From: Nanobdellati archaeon
GTDB lineage: Archaea > B1Sed10-29 > JAGVWA01
Direction: 5' to 3'
Length of the DNA stretch: 64,000 nucleotides
Assembly (NCBI GenBank): GCA_018304505.1
Contig: JAGVWA010000001.1
Location: forward strand, 85,960 to 149,959
Shown piece by piece: positions 39,418-48,918 of the stretch; within the stretch, counting starts at the first letter, position 1, and each line of letters begins with the position of its first letter. A program made the position numbers and the translations under genes. The notes under the pieces were generated by a model, which was given only the letters and a program-made list of their open reading frames with translations, did no database searches and was not told where the DNA came from.

Positions 39418-39625
39418 TTACTTCACCCTGTGAATTTACCAGTACCTCTTTTCCGTGGTTGTCGATCCTGACAACGGTTAATGGAATCAGGTGCTCCTCG
39501 AACTCCTGCTCAGCGATCTCTAAGCTCCTTGTTGATTTCGGGCTCTTTAGCAAAACCGGAGCTCCCATTCCTATCTGCAGCGCCCTTGCACTTATGATCC
39601 TAGCGACCTCAAAACGAGTCAACAT
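39410..39625 (-). CDS. rpoK: RNA polymerase subunit Rpo6/K
   Basis: LTRFEVARIISARALQIGMGAP. Confidence 0.93.
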   Translation of the reverse strand: MLTRFEVARIISARALQIGMGAPVLLKSPKSTRSLEIAEQEFEEHLIPLTVVRIDNHGKEVLVNSQGEVIG

Positions 39626-39701
39626 GTTATTTCATCACCTGAGAATTAGGTTCTGTGCTGTAATTCGGCGCTCTTTGGGTTTATAAAGCTTTGCGTAGGC
39701 T

Positions 39702-39971
39702 TTACCCAAAGTTTATCGAGCGGGGGTTGTCCCTTACGTGTGCTTCAAGATCCCTGACAAGGCTGTTGTCAAAAACCGGCTTTACCTCTAAAAATACCCC
39801 ATTGACCTTTACAATGGCCGTTCTGTCGCCATGGCGATCTATTACCCGAACTTGCGCTTCTAGCGACCTTCCTTGTCCCGTGCCTGCGTGCACTATTACT
39901 GGCTCCCTTGGCCTTCCAATTGCAAAGCCCGCATAACCTTGGTGCTCGTCTAGTTCTGAAACTCTCCACAT
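39702..39971 (-). CDS. small orphan protein, MW-start group (MWRVS...)
   Basis: GAGGT SD; CGAAAGGTTTATAAA promoter. Confidence 0.6.
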   Translation of the reverse strand: MWRVSELDEHQGYAGFAIGRPREPVIVHAGTGQGRSLEAQVRVIDRHGDRTAIVKVNGVFLEVKPVFDNSLVRDLEAHVRDNPRSINFG

Positions 39972-40152
39972 ACTAATGAACCTCTTGTTATTTTTGCTGA
40001 TCGGCCGTGCTTTGATGTTGCTTTGTTGCAGTTTTGCCGATTTTGCATGAATTATCCCATGGCGGTTTATAAACCTTTCGCTGGTTTAAACTAGTGTAAA
40101 CTGGATAACGTTGCAAAATCTATATATGTTTCATGAGGCATAACTTAAAAGG

Positions 40153-40293
40153 ATGATAAGGATCAGCCGCATCAGATTTATACGACGCAGGCGCGTGGTT
40201 TACATGCCAGTTGAAGAAGAGTTGGAGCTGGCAATGATTTTCAAGGAACTTGTCGAAGCAAAGGGGTACAAGTGCTCTGTACGGCTGGAGTGA
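40153..40293 (+). CDS. small hypothetical protein (46 aa)
   Basis: TATA upstream; MIRISRIRFIRRRR... Confidence 0.35.
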   Translation: MIRISRIRFIRRRRVVYMPVEEELELAMIFKELVEAKGYKCSVRLE

Positions 40294-40330
40294 TGTGGAC
40301 TGATGTGGACTGATGAGGACCGATGCGGAC
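40291..40330. repeat. 10-bp tandem repeat x4 (TGATGTGGAC variants)
   Basis: Read directly. Confidence 0.8.
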
Positions 40331-40394
40331 TAACGCAACATGACACGGGGATTACATGATTAGCCTTTTATACATCCCGTGGTTTCAAAAACAC

Positions 40395-40745
40395 ATGCTG
40401 AAGCAGATGATCGTTGTCCGTAAGGACTTGAAGATGACCCGCGGGAAAATGAGCGCGCAGGTGGCGCATGCGTCACTGGAGGCGTTTTTAAAGACCCAGA
40501 AACAGCACCCCGACAAGGCGAAGAAATGGCGCGCAAACGGCATGAAAAAAATCGTGCTGGAAATCGACAGCAAGGAAGCCCTTCTCGCCCTGAAGGCCGA
40601 CATTGGAAGCAAGATCCCCACTGCGCTGATAACAGACGCCGGGCACACTCAACTTGAGCCCGGGACCATTACATGCCTCGGCATCGGGCCTTTTGATGAA
40701 GAAGAAATCGACAAGTACACAGGCCACTTGAAGCTGATAAACTAG
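40395..40745 (+). CDS. pth2: peptidyl-tRNA hydrolase Pth2
   Basis: KQMIVVRKDLKM.RGK..AQVAHA, DAGHTQ, GIGP. Confidence 0.95.
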   Translation: MLKQMIVVRKDLKMTRGKMSAQVAHASLEAFLKTQKQHPDKAKKWRANGMKKIVLEIDSKEALLALKADIGSKIPTALITDAGHTQLEPGTITCLGIGPFDEEEIDKYTGHLKLIN

Positions 40746-40776
40746 TTTATTAAATCAACGGCTCGTATTGATCACG

Positions 40777-41142
40777 ATGACGAACATCAACTACAAGCGC
40801 GGCTACAACCTAGAATACAAGGCGAAGCAAATCTTGACAGAGAACGACTTCCTCGCATTCCGTAGCCCGGGCAGCAAGTCAGAGTCGGACCTGTACGCGT
40901 TCAAGGGCTCAACCAAGCTCTTTATACAGTGCAAAAAGACCACTGGTGACTCGATGTACATCTACAAGCTTGACGATTTAAAGAGCAAGGCAAAGACCCA
41001 CCAGGCCATCCCGCTACTTGTTTACTCATTCAATCGCACGCCAGTGTACGCAACCCTTGTAAAGGCCGAGAAAATAGCCCTGAAAAAATCAGACAGCAAC
41101 ACCCCCCTAAAGGACATCCTAGAGGTTTTTGCAAAACCGTAA
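40777..41142 (+). CDS. hjc: Holliday junction resolvase Hjc-like
   Basis: YKRGYNLE, RSPGS...DL, IQCK. Confidence 0.75.
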   Translation: MTNINYKRGYNLEYKAKQILTENDFLAFRSPGSKSESDLYAFKGSTKLFIQCKKTTGDSMYIYKLDDLKSKAKTHQAIPLLVYSFNRTPVYATLVKAEKIALKKSDSNTPLKDILEVFAKP

Positions 41143-41192
41143 GCATATTAAACCCAAAATGCCCTAATGATTCAAACGAGGTGAAAAAACAC

Positions 41193-41744
41193 ATGATTGC
41201 AAACATCGCAATAAAAGACATAATGACAAAGGGGATTGTGACAGCAAGACCCACAGACTCAGTTCTCACGATCTCACGAATGCTGAAAGCGGCAGGCATC
41301 GGCGCAGTCGTTATAACAGAAGGGCACGACATAAAAGGCATACTTACAGAAGGCGACATCATCCGCAAGGTCGTGTCATTGGACAAGAAACCCGGGGACC
41401 TGCAAGCAAAGGACATAATGACAAGCCCTGTAAGGAGCATCGACGACGACTTTGACATTGAAGAAGCATCGCGCATAATGAGGGACCTCCGTGTTGAGAG
41501 GCTGCCGGTAGCGCGAAACGAAAAACTCGTCGGCATCATTACACAGAACGACTTAACGAGAATCGAGCCTGCACTGCACGTCATCCTCAGGGAAGAGCGC
41601 GAATTGCGGGCAATGAAAGGCGAGGAATACGACCGCCTGTTTTCCGGCATATGCGAAAACTGCAACAGCGCAGTAGTCGATGACCTGAAGATAACCGAAG
41701 ACAAGCGGTTACTCTGCTCTGAATGCAGGGGCGAGACGTCATAA
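41193..41744 (+). CDS. tandem CBS domain protein with C-terminal zinc ribbon
   Basis: GILTEGDI, GIITQND, CENC...CSEC. Confidence 0.88.
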   Translation: MIANIAIKDIMTKGIVTARPTDSVLTISRMLKAAGIGAVVITEGHDIKGILTEGDIIRKVVSLDKKPGDLQAKDIMTSPVRSIDDDFDIEEASRIMRDLRVERLPVARNEKLVGIITQNDLTRIEPALHVILREERELRAMKGEEYDRLFSGICENCNSAVVDDLKITEDKRLLCSECRGETS

Positions 41745-41809
41745 CGCGCACTGATTTTTCGTCCAAGCACGAACAGAAGATTTATAAAGACAAAAACTCA
41801 ATAAAACAT

Positions 41810-41870
41810 TAGCGTGGGGATGAAAGCCACCGACACAATGAAGTTGGCTACAACACCACGCTGCACATCA
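41810..41870 (+). ncRNA. candidate H/ACA guide sRNA
   Basis: Own TATA, stem-pocket-stem, K-loop-like CCGA/ATGAAG, ACA 15 nt from the pocket top. Confidence 0.5.
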
Positions 41871-42057
41871 CCAACAATCAATCCAACAAACAATTCCCCA
41901 ATCAAAAAATCATAAGTTCATTACATTCACAAACCTTCACAACCTTGCTTTCACAAAAAGCAAAACCATGAAGTAAACGCGCGCAGCAAAAGGCGTGCAA
42001 ACAAAAGCGGACTACTTTTTTTGATTGGTGCAAACAACAGATGATGAAGCCAACAGC

Positions 42058-42333
42058 ATGATGAAGCAAACACAAAATGGAACGATCATAGAAGTCGAAG
42101 TAACGACAAACGGCAGAAAATTTGGCCTCCGCGGAATCGATCCGTGGACACAAAGGCTCAAAATCAAACTGACGCAAAGGGCTCAGGACAACAAGGCAAA
42201 CCAAGAGCTCATACAAGAAACATCAAGGCTATTCAAAGCTGACGTAATAATACTAAAAGGCTCAAAGAGCAACAAGAAAACCCTGCTCGTAAACACGGGC
42301 ATTGACAAAATAAGAGAAGTAACATCACAATGA
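42058..42333 (+). CDS. DUF167/UPF0235 protein
   Basis: AQDNKANQELI, ILKGSKSNKK. Confidence 0.85.
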   Translation: MMKQTQNGTIIEVEVTTNGRKFGLRGIDPWTQRLKIKLTQRAQDNKANQELIQETSRLFKADVIILKGSKSNKKTLLVNTGIDKIREVTSQ

Positions 42334-42704
42334 CGCTTGAAAACCTTGACAAGCTCCTAACAGAGCTGCAAGAAGACGATCGGATAAAGATCGTCGAAGG
42401 GAAACGAGACCAGCAAGCCCTAGAGGCTTTCGGCATAAAGAACATCAGAAAAATCAAAGGAAGATTATCAACCTTCATGTCCCGCATAAAAGAAGAAGCA
42501 ATGGACGTGATCGTGCTAACAGACCATGACACGCGTGGAAACCAGCTCGCTGAAAGGCTAAAAGAACTGGCCCACCACGAAGGCATAAAAGCAGACCTCG
42601 GGTATCGAAAGAAACTCAGGATGCTGTCTGGTGTTCTAGAATTCGAAGACCTCGTTTCCCACTATGAAGAAATCAAAAGAAAAGAATCAAAAAAAACGAG
42701 GTAG
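42330..42704 (+). CDS. small TOPRIM protein
   Basis: IVEGKRD, VLTDHD.RG. Confidence 0.88.
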   Translation: MTLENLDKLLTELQEDDRIKIVEGKRDQQALEAFGIKNIRKIKGRLSTFMSRIKEEAMDVIVLTDHDTRGNQLAERLKELAHHEGIKADLGYRKKLRMLSGVLEFEDLVSHYEEIKRKESKKTR

Positions 42705-42710
42705 ATAAAA

Positions 42711-44033
42711 ATGGGAAAAACATACATTGACACAGTCAAATACTTAGTACGCGCAGACTTATACATCGACGGTCTCGTGGAAACACCGGACGCGGTCGGC
42801 GCAATTTTCGGGCAAACCGAAGGGCTCCTAGGCGAAGAACTCGACTTACGAGAGCTGCAAAAATCAGGACGCATTGGGAGAATAGAAGTAAAGCTTAATC
42901 CAAAGAACGGCAAATCATACGGCGAAATCATCCTTCCAAGTTCACTCGACAGAATTGAAACGAGTATCCTGGCCGCATCGCTAGAAACAGTCGACCGGGT
43001 CGGGCCATGCGAGGCAAAGATCAAGGTCACGACCATAGAGGACATGCGCACAACCAAACGCGACCAGCTGGTCGACAGGGCGAAATTCATTCTCAGGGAA
43101 CTGATAACAGACAAAGTGCCAGAATCCAGAGAGATCTCTGATATGGTACGGGAAGAAGTCAAGGTCGCTGAAGTCGAGACTTACGGCCCAGAAAAACTGG
43201 CAGCAGGCCCGAACATCAAGGAAGCAGAGCACATCATAGTGGTAGAAGGGCGCGCTGACGTTTTAACAATGTTAAGGGCAGACATCAAAAACGTAATATG
43301 CCTCCAGGGCAAGAACATTCCGCAATCCGTAATCGACCTGAGCAAACAAAAAACCATAACGCTGTTCGTTGACGGCGACCGCGGAGGGGACCTCATTATT
43401 AAAAACATGACCGAACTCGGCGGCGAAGTCGACTTCATCGCAAAGGCCCCTGCGGGCAAGGAAGTCGAAGAACTCACGCAGAAAGAGATCATCAAGTGCC
43501 TCAGGAGAAAGGAACCACTAGAGCAGTACATGGCACGAAAAGGAAACCAAATATCAGGGACTGTAAGCACCGCGGCACCACTACCAGCAGCGCTAGGAAC
43601 ACCCAACCAAGGCGACAGGAGAGAACCAACACACCCCGGCCCAGGATTGCGCACAAGGCGCCCAGAAAGGTCAGACACCAGAGGGCCGCGCGAATACGAC
43701 CGCACAGTTACACCTAGGGCAACAAGGCTCCCTATTGCTATTGCGGAAAAACCAAGAGTGGACGTGCCATTCAAGGAAGAGCTCGAAAAATTGAAAGGCT
43801 CACTCAAGGCCGTGCTCCTTGGAAAAGACAAGAAGCCCCTGGCAGAAGTCAACGTCCGTGACTTAGCTAAAGAAGTCGAAAACACAAAGGACATAGAAAC
43901 AATTGTGCTCGATGGCATCGTCACACAGCGCCTTGTGGATCTTGCAAGCAAAGGCCAGGTAAAACAAATTGTCGGCATCAGAAAAAGCAAGATCGAAAAC
44001 CAGGGGAATGTCGAGATAAGCACCGTGGCCTAA
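42711..44033 (+). CDS. dnaG: archaeal DnaG
   Basis: GAIFGQTEGLLG, VEGRADV, DGDRGG, DGIVTQRL. Confidence 0.95.
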   Translation: MGKTYIDTVKYLVRADLYIDGLVETPDAVGAIFGQTEGLLGEELDLRELQKSGRIGRIEVKLNPKNGKSYGEIILPSSLDRIETSILAASLETVDRVGPCEAKIKVTTIEDMRTTKRDQLVDRAKFILRELITDKVPESREISDMVREEVKVAEVETYGPEKLAAGPNIKEAEHIIVVEGRADVLTMLRADIKNVICLQGKNIPQSVIDLSKQKTITLFVDGDRGGDLIIKNMTELGGEVDFIAKAPAGKEVEELTQKEIIKCLRRKEPLEQYMARKGNQISGTVSTAAPLPAALGTPNQGDRREPTHPGPGLRTRRPERSDTRGPREYDRTVTPRATRLPIAIAEKPRVDVPFKEELEKLKGSLKAVLLGKDKKPLAEVNVRDLAKEVENTKDIETIVLDGIVTQRLVDLASKGQVKQIVGIRKSKIENQGNVEISTVA

Positions 44034-44071
44034 AACACCACGGCATCTGCCTTTTTTCCTTTTTTTCTCGT

Positions 44072-44473
44072 TTATTTCCTCTTCTTTAATTTTCTTTTCT
44101 TGTGCAACAGTTCAGGCAATGCAGTGGCTTCTTCCTCAACTGGGACAATAACGCTGCCCGATTGGTAGATCACACCACCCAGAATCACTATGGCGCTCCA
44201 AAACAACAGGTTGGCCAAACTCGGCAACAACAGGCCTAATTGGGTGTTGAGGTCTCGCGGTCCAATGGTTTGTTCAACAGCAAAGCCGCCGATGTTCGCC
44301 GTGACGGTCTGTGCAACGCCGCGGTTGGCCTGCTCCAGCAAATCAGATACTAAAAAAGTCTGATACACCGACGTCAAAAACATAAGAGCGGCGCCGAAAA
44401 ACACGAATGCCCCAATTAGTTTCAATACGTGCAATCGTTTGCTGCCGATCTTGAATATCATCACGCGATGCAT
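44072..44473 (-). CDS. hypothetical membrane protein
   Basis: Two TM segments and a basic tail. Confidence 0.6.
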   Translation of the reverse strand: MHRVMIFKIGSKRLHVLKLIGAFVFFGAALMFLTSVYQTFLVSDLLEQANRGVAQTVTANIGGFAVEQTIGPRDLNTQLGLLLPSLANLLFWSAIVILGGVIYQSGSVIVPVEEEATALPELLHKKRKLKKRK

Positions 44474-44550
44474 GCCAATTCCCCGGGTAAACTCAAAGTT
44501 TAAAAAACCATTCAAGTATATAAATACCAAGGGGCACAATAACACGGACA

Positions 44551-44685
44551 GGGCCCATGGTCTAGAATTCACATCCTTCCGAGGAGGCGAGTGGAAAACG
44601 GTTATGACGCCACCCTTACAAGCCCATGCAAAAAGCAACTGGCGGAGAAAGGTGGAGATCGATGGTTCAAATCCGTCTGGGCCCA
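44551..44685 (+). tRNA. tRNA-Val(TAC) with introns 44566-44598 (15/16) and 44621-44649 (37/38)
   Basis: Cloverleaf restored after removing two BHB-like inserts. Confidence 0.88.
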
Positions 44686-44770
44686 CTCACAGGAATACAC
44701 ATACGAGCAGCATACTAACTGTGGAACAACAAATAAAAACGGCACCTTCCAATAATTAAATACTCTAATC

Positions 44771-44917
44771 GCACCAGTAGTCTAGTGGTATGACTCGGCC
44801 TTGCCAACGAAGGGTTTCACCCTCTCGACACCTGAAGCGCACCTTCAGTAGCGCGGTGTTCATGATGAAATCTCAGGTAAACAGGCCGTGGCCCGGGTTC
44901 AATTCCCGGCTGGTGCA
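44771..44917 (+). tRNA. tRNA-Gly(GCC) with intron 44807-44882
   Basis: Acceptor GCACCAG/CTGGTGC; BHB TTGC/GTAA. Confidence 0.9.
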
Positions 44918-44963
44918 CTCAACCTTTTATACCAGAAATTGCAGAATTCATGCTGTGATCAAC

Positions 44964-45221
44964 ATGTGGACAAAACAAGGAGCAACAGCCGCACTACACG
45001 ACCTGCAGAAACACTGGCAAAGGAACCCACCACAAAAAGATTCACAGCAACAACGCCGACAACGAGAAAGGCTGCAGGACACAATAACAAGCCTAGCAAT
45101 AGGCGCACCCAATGAACTAATCATGACACAAATTCAACTCATCCAAGATACCGCCCCTGACAAAAAAACACAGCACCTCACTCAACTAGCACTACATGAA
45201 CTTGAGCCAGAAAACCTATAA
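44964..45221 (+). CDS. small orphan protein, MW-start group (MWTKQ...)
   Basis: TATA and GTGA upstream; 85 aa. Confidence 0.55.
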   Translation: MWTKQGATAALHDLQKHWQRNPPQKDSQQQRRQRERLQDTITSLAIGAPNELIMTQIQLIQDTAPDKKTQHLTQLALHELEPENL

Positions 45222-45275
45222 CCCATATAATAAAAGCTTTTTATTCTCAATATCACATAAGTTGAATTGATACCA

Positions 45276-46544
45276 ATGATGGACATCAAACTCATTCGAG
45301 ATGAGACAGACAAAGTCAGGGACAACATCAAGTACCGCGGAACCGATTTCGACATCGACGCCTTTGTCCAGCTAGACAAGGAATGGAAGGAAGCCAAGCA
45401 GGAGCTCGAGGAAAAGCGCGCGCTGCGAAACAAGGTTTCAGAGGAAATCAACGCGGCGATAAAACAGAACCAGAGGCCTCAAAAACAAATAGACGAAATG
45501 AGGATTGTTTCATCGCGAATCAAGGAACTAGAAAAACTGTACACTGAACTTGACGAGCGGAGAAGCCGCGACTGGCTCAAGATTCCAAATTTTGTTCACA
45601 AGGACGTTCCTCAGGGAAAAGATGAACGGGAAAACAAGGAAATCCACAGATGGGGCGACCGCAAACAAAAATTCGAACTAAAAGACCACCTAACCTTGCT
45701 GCAAAACCTCAACCTGATAGACCTCGACAAAGCCGGAGAAATTGCGGGCGCCGGATTCGTGTACCTCAAAGGCGATTTAGTCCTGTTGGATCACGCCCTG
45801 CAGCGCTTTGCACTGGATTTCCTGCTAAAAAAAGGATTCACATTAATGGAGCCCCCATTCATGGTGCGCCGAGAACCCTACGAGGGCCTCGTGGAAATTC
45901 AAGAATTTGAAGACACAATGTTCAAAATCCAGGATGAGGACTTGTACCTGATTGCGACAGCGGAGCACGGTTTAGTGCCCCATTACATGAACACCACAAT
46001 ACCAGAAGAAGAACTCCCGCTCAGGCTGGCCGGCGTCAGCCCAGCATTCAGAAAGGAAATCGGCTCGCATGGAAAGTACACAAAAGGCCTATTCAGGATG
46101 AAGCAGTTCAACAAAATCGAGCAGGTTTCATTTGCGCATCCCGACCAGTCATGGGAAGAATTCACGTTCCTGCAGACCAACAGCGAGGAAATCCTGAAAG
46201 AACTCGAAATACCTTATCGGACCATAGTGCTCTGCACCGGCGACCTCGGAACAATGAAGGCGATGCAATACGACAATGAATTCCTAATGGCCGACGGGGA
46301 ATACCGTGAAATCGGCTCGTGCAGCAACTTAACTGATTTCCAGCCGCGCAGGCTCAACATAAAATACATAACAAAGCGCAACGAAAGAGAATACGTGCAT
46401 GCGCTAAACAATACCGCAATGCCAACAAGCCGCGGCATGCTCGCCATAATCGAAAATCACCAACAGGAAGACGGCTCGATCAAGATTCCCAAAGCCTTGC
46501 AGAAGTACATGAACAACAAAAAGGAACTCGAAGCGCTCAAGTAA
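45276..46544 (+). CDS. serS: serine-tRNA ligase
   Basis: LIATAE, FRKE.G, GLFRMKQF.KIE, EIGSCSN.TDFQ, LNNT. Confidence 0.96.
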   Translation: MMDIKLIRDETDKVRDNIKYRGTDFDIDAFVQLDKEWKEAKQELEEKRALRNKVSEEINAAIKQNQRPQKQIDEMRIVSSRIKELEKLYTELDERRSRDWLKIPNFVHKDVPQGKDERENKEIHRWGDRKQKFELKDHLTLLQNLNLIDLDKAGEIAGAGFVYLKGDLVLLDHALQRFALDFLLKKGFTLMEPPFMVRREPYEGLVEIQEFEDTMFKIQDEDLYLIATAEHGLVPHYMNTTIPEEELPLRLAGVSPAFRKEIGSHGKYTKGLFRMKQFNKIEQVSFAHPDQSWEEFTFLQTNSEEILKELEIPYRTIVLCTGDLGTMKAMQYDNEFLMADGEYREIGSCSNLTDFQPRRLNIKYITKRNEREYVHALNNTAMPTSRGMLAIIENHQQEDGSIKIPKALQKYMNNKKELEALK

Positions 46545-46616
46545 TTCATAGCGAACGAAAGGCTTTTTATTCTAACTGGACAAAAATATTCTCACTCAAC
46601 AAAATAATGCTAGCTT

Positions 46617-46747
46617 GGGCCCGTAGCTCAGTCTTCCTCAGCCATCCACGGGAGAGCGGGGACTGAAGTGGCAGAGTGATTGGCTCTTAAGCAACCATGA
46701 GTTGCAGAGAAACCAATTTGTCGAGGGTTCAAATCCCTCCGGGCTCG
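46617..46747 (+). tRNA. tRNA-Lys(CTT) with introns 46634-46668 (D-loop) and 46690-46711 (37/38)
   Basis: BHB helices TCAG/CTGA and CTCT/AGAG. Confidence 0.9.
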
Positions 46748-46834
46748 CTACAACCTCTTGCAACTGCCGGAGGAAAAACCGACTGCCGCATCAGCTTGCA
46801 CTGATGCAACTGTGACTGTAATTGATGTGATAAT

Positions 46835-47074
46835 ATGTGGAAAACACAAGAGGGAACTGAAATTCAAAAACAACTCTTCAGTGCCCTTGATAGATATACG
46901 GAGAACATGGAAATCCTTGACCCAGAAGACCAGCGCCGAATCGCTGACGCGCTAACACAACTATCAAGAGCGCACACAACAAGGAACACTCAATTAGAAG
47001 CCATAGCGATTGTTGACGAATATTATAGAGAGCGAGGACAACGAAGCGAACCAACACAGCCCGCCGAATTGTGA
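46835..47074 (+). CDS. small orphan protein, MW-start group (MWKTQ...)
   Basis: GTGA upstream; overlaps the lysS start. Confidence 0.55.
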   Translation: MWKTQEGTEIQKQLFSALDRYTENMEILDPEDQRRIADALTQLSRAHTTRNTQLEAIAIVDEYYRERGQRSEPTQPAEL

Positions 47075-48630
47075 GTGACATGGAAGAATCTGAAAGAATA
47101 CACTGGGCAGAACAGTACGCCGAGAAGATCATTGAAAACCGCAAGAAGGACCTATATATTGTAGAGTCTGGCATAACCCCATCAGGAGTAGTGCACGCTG
47201 GCAACTTCCGGGAGTACTTAACGCACGACCAGATCTACAAATCCCTAAAAGCGAAAGGCGTCAATGTAATGCACCAGATGGTGTGGGACAACTTCGACCG
47301 CCTCAGGAAAGTTCCTGCCGGAGTGCCAAAGGAATGGGAGCAATACCTCGGCTTACCTACAAGCAAGGTTCCGGATCCATTTGGAAACTGCCACAAGTCA
47401 TACGCACACCATTTCCAAGACTTTGCAGAACAAGAAGCAGCTCGCCTGGGCTTGGAAATGGAATACATCGACATTACTGAGAAATACGAAGCGTGCGAGT
47501 TCACAGAAGAAATCAAGATCGCGCTCGAAAACACGGCCAAGATAAAGACAATTCTTGACAAGTACCGCAAGGACCCCCTGGAAGAAGACTGGTTACCAAT
47601 CAGGGTTTACTGCGAAAAGTGCGGCAAGGACTTTACAAAAGCACGGTACCTCGGCGGGTATGAACTACAGTATGCGTGCGATCAGTGCGGCAATTCAAAC
47701 AAAATCGATTTCAGGAAAAGCGGAAACGTAAAGCTGTCGTGGCGCGTGGACTGGCCAGCAAGATGGAAGCACTACTCTGTTGATTTCGAAAGCTCTGGAA
47801 AGGAACACCAATCCAGCGGAGGCAGCATGTCCACTGGCCTCGAAATCTACAAGGAAGTTTACCACGGCGAAGACTTTCAGCACCCAATGTATGAATTCAT
47901 CAGCATGAAAGGCGAACAGGGGAAAATGAGCAGCAGCAAGGGCAACGTTCTCACAATAAGCGAAATGCTTGAAGTCTACTCGCCAGAAGTGCTGAAGTAC
48001 GTCTACACTGGAAAGATAAGCAAGGCCCTGGAAATACCCTTCGACCTCGATCTGCCAAATACGTTCAACAGGTATGACAATGCAGAACAGATCTACTTCG
48101 GCGTAAAGGAAGGCGACGAGAACGAAAAAACGCGCTACGTCATGACAATGAAAACCATTCCCAAAAAGTTCATTCCAAAGGTCCAATACCTGGTGTGCGC
48201 CAACGTGATACAGTCAGCCAACTATGACATTAACAAGGCCATCGAAATCCTCAAGAAACTCGGCCACGTGCACAACGAAAATGAAGAGCACACACGACAA
48301 AGACTGATCTTAGCCGGCAACTGGGTAAAGAAATACGCGCCGGACAACATCAAGTTCACGTTACAAGAAACACTGCCGCAGGTGGAGCTAACAAAACAGC
48401 ACAAGGAGCTCCTTGGCTACGTCGCTGGCCTATTAGAAAAGGGCTTGCCGGAAGACGATTTGCAAAACGAGATATACAGCAAGGCCAAGGCGCTTGAGAT
48501 CCCTGCAAAAGAAGCATTCCAAAAGTTCTACCAGCTCCTGCTGAACGAAAACAGGGGCCCAAAGCTCGGTTCTTTCCTTGCCTCGCTGGACAGGGACTTT
48601 GCAATCAAGAGGCTCAGGTTAGAAGCATAA
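47071..48630 (+). CDS. lysS: class I lysine-tRNA ligase
   Basis: SGITPSG.VHAGN, KLSWRVDWP, KMSSSKGN, GPKLG. Confidence 0.96.
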   Translation: MSDMEESERIHWAEQYAEKIIENRKKDLYIVESGITPSGVVHAGNFREYLTHDQIYKSLKAKGVNVMHQMVWDNFDRLRKVPAGVPKEWEQYLGLPTSKVPDPFGNCHKSYAHHFQDFAEQEAARLGLEMEYIDITEKYEACEFTEEIKIALENTAKIKTILDKYRKDPLEEDWLPIRVYCEKCGKDFTKARYLGGYELQYACDQCGNSNKIDFRKSGNVKLSWRVDWPARWKHYSVDFESSGKEHQSSGGSMSTGLEIYKEVYHGEDFQHPMYEFISMKGEQGKMSSSKGNVLTISEMLEVYSPEVLKYVYTGKISKALEIPFDLDLPNTFNRYDNAEQIYFGVKEGDENEKTRYVMTMKTIPKKFIPKVQYLVCANVIQSANYDINKAIEILKKLGHVHNENEEHTRQRLILAGNWVKKYAPDNIKFTLQETLPQVELTKQHKELLGYVAGLLEKGLPEDDLQNEIYSKAKALEIPAKEAFQKFYQLLLNENRGPKLGSFLASLDRDFAIKRLRLEA

Positions 48631-48663
48631 GAATATAAACCCTGTTTTCTTCTCTTCAATCCA

Positions 48664-48858
48664 ATGAAACAGAAGATCAAACAGCTCATCAACGTTATAG
48701 TAGTCAGCGGGGTCGCTGCATTCCTGGCCAGTGCATCCTCTCAATTCATACTATCCGGCACAGGGGAAATCGATTACACCCAAGCCGTCATAACAACCGC
48801 GATATTCATAATCATCTTCTTCTTTTTCGAACAGGCAAAGGCGCGCGGTAAGGTCTAG
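48664..48858 (+). CDS. small 2-TM protein
   Basis: Hydrophobic ORF with TATA upstream. Confidence 0.55.
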   Translation: MKQKIKQLINVIVVSGVAAFLASASSQFILSGTGEIDYTQAVITTAIFIIIFFFFEQAKARGKV

Positions 48859-48918
48859 TAAACAATCCAGCCACAAAAACAATCACAAATAAAAACAACA
48901 CCCTCGTTCTCATAACCA

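Noticed and set aside
44807-44882. C/D guide in the tRNA-Gly intron (CTGA and ATGATGA present)
   Set aside because: The boxes are in reverse order and lie in predicted stems; no target identified.
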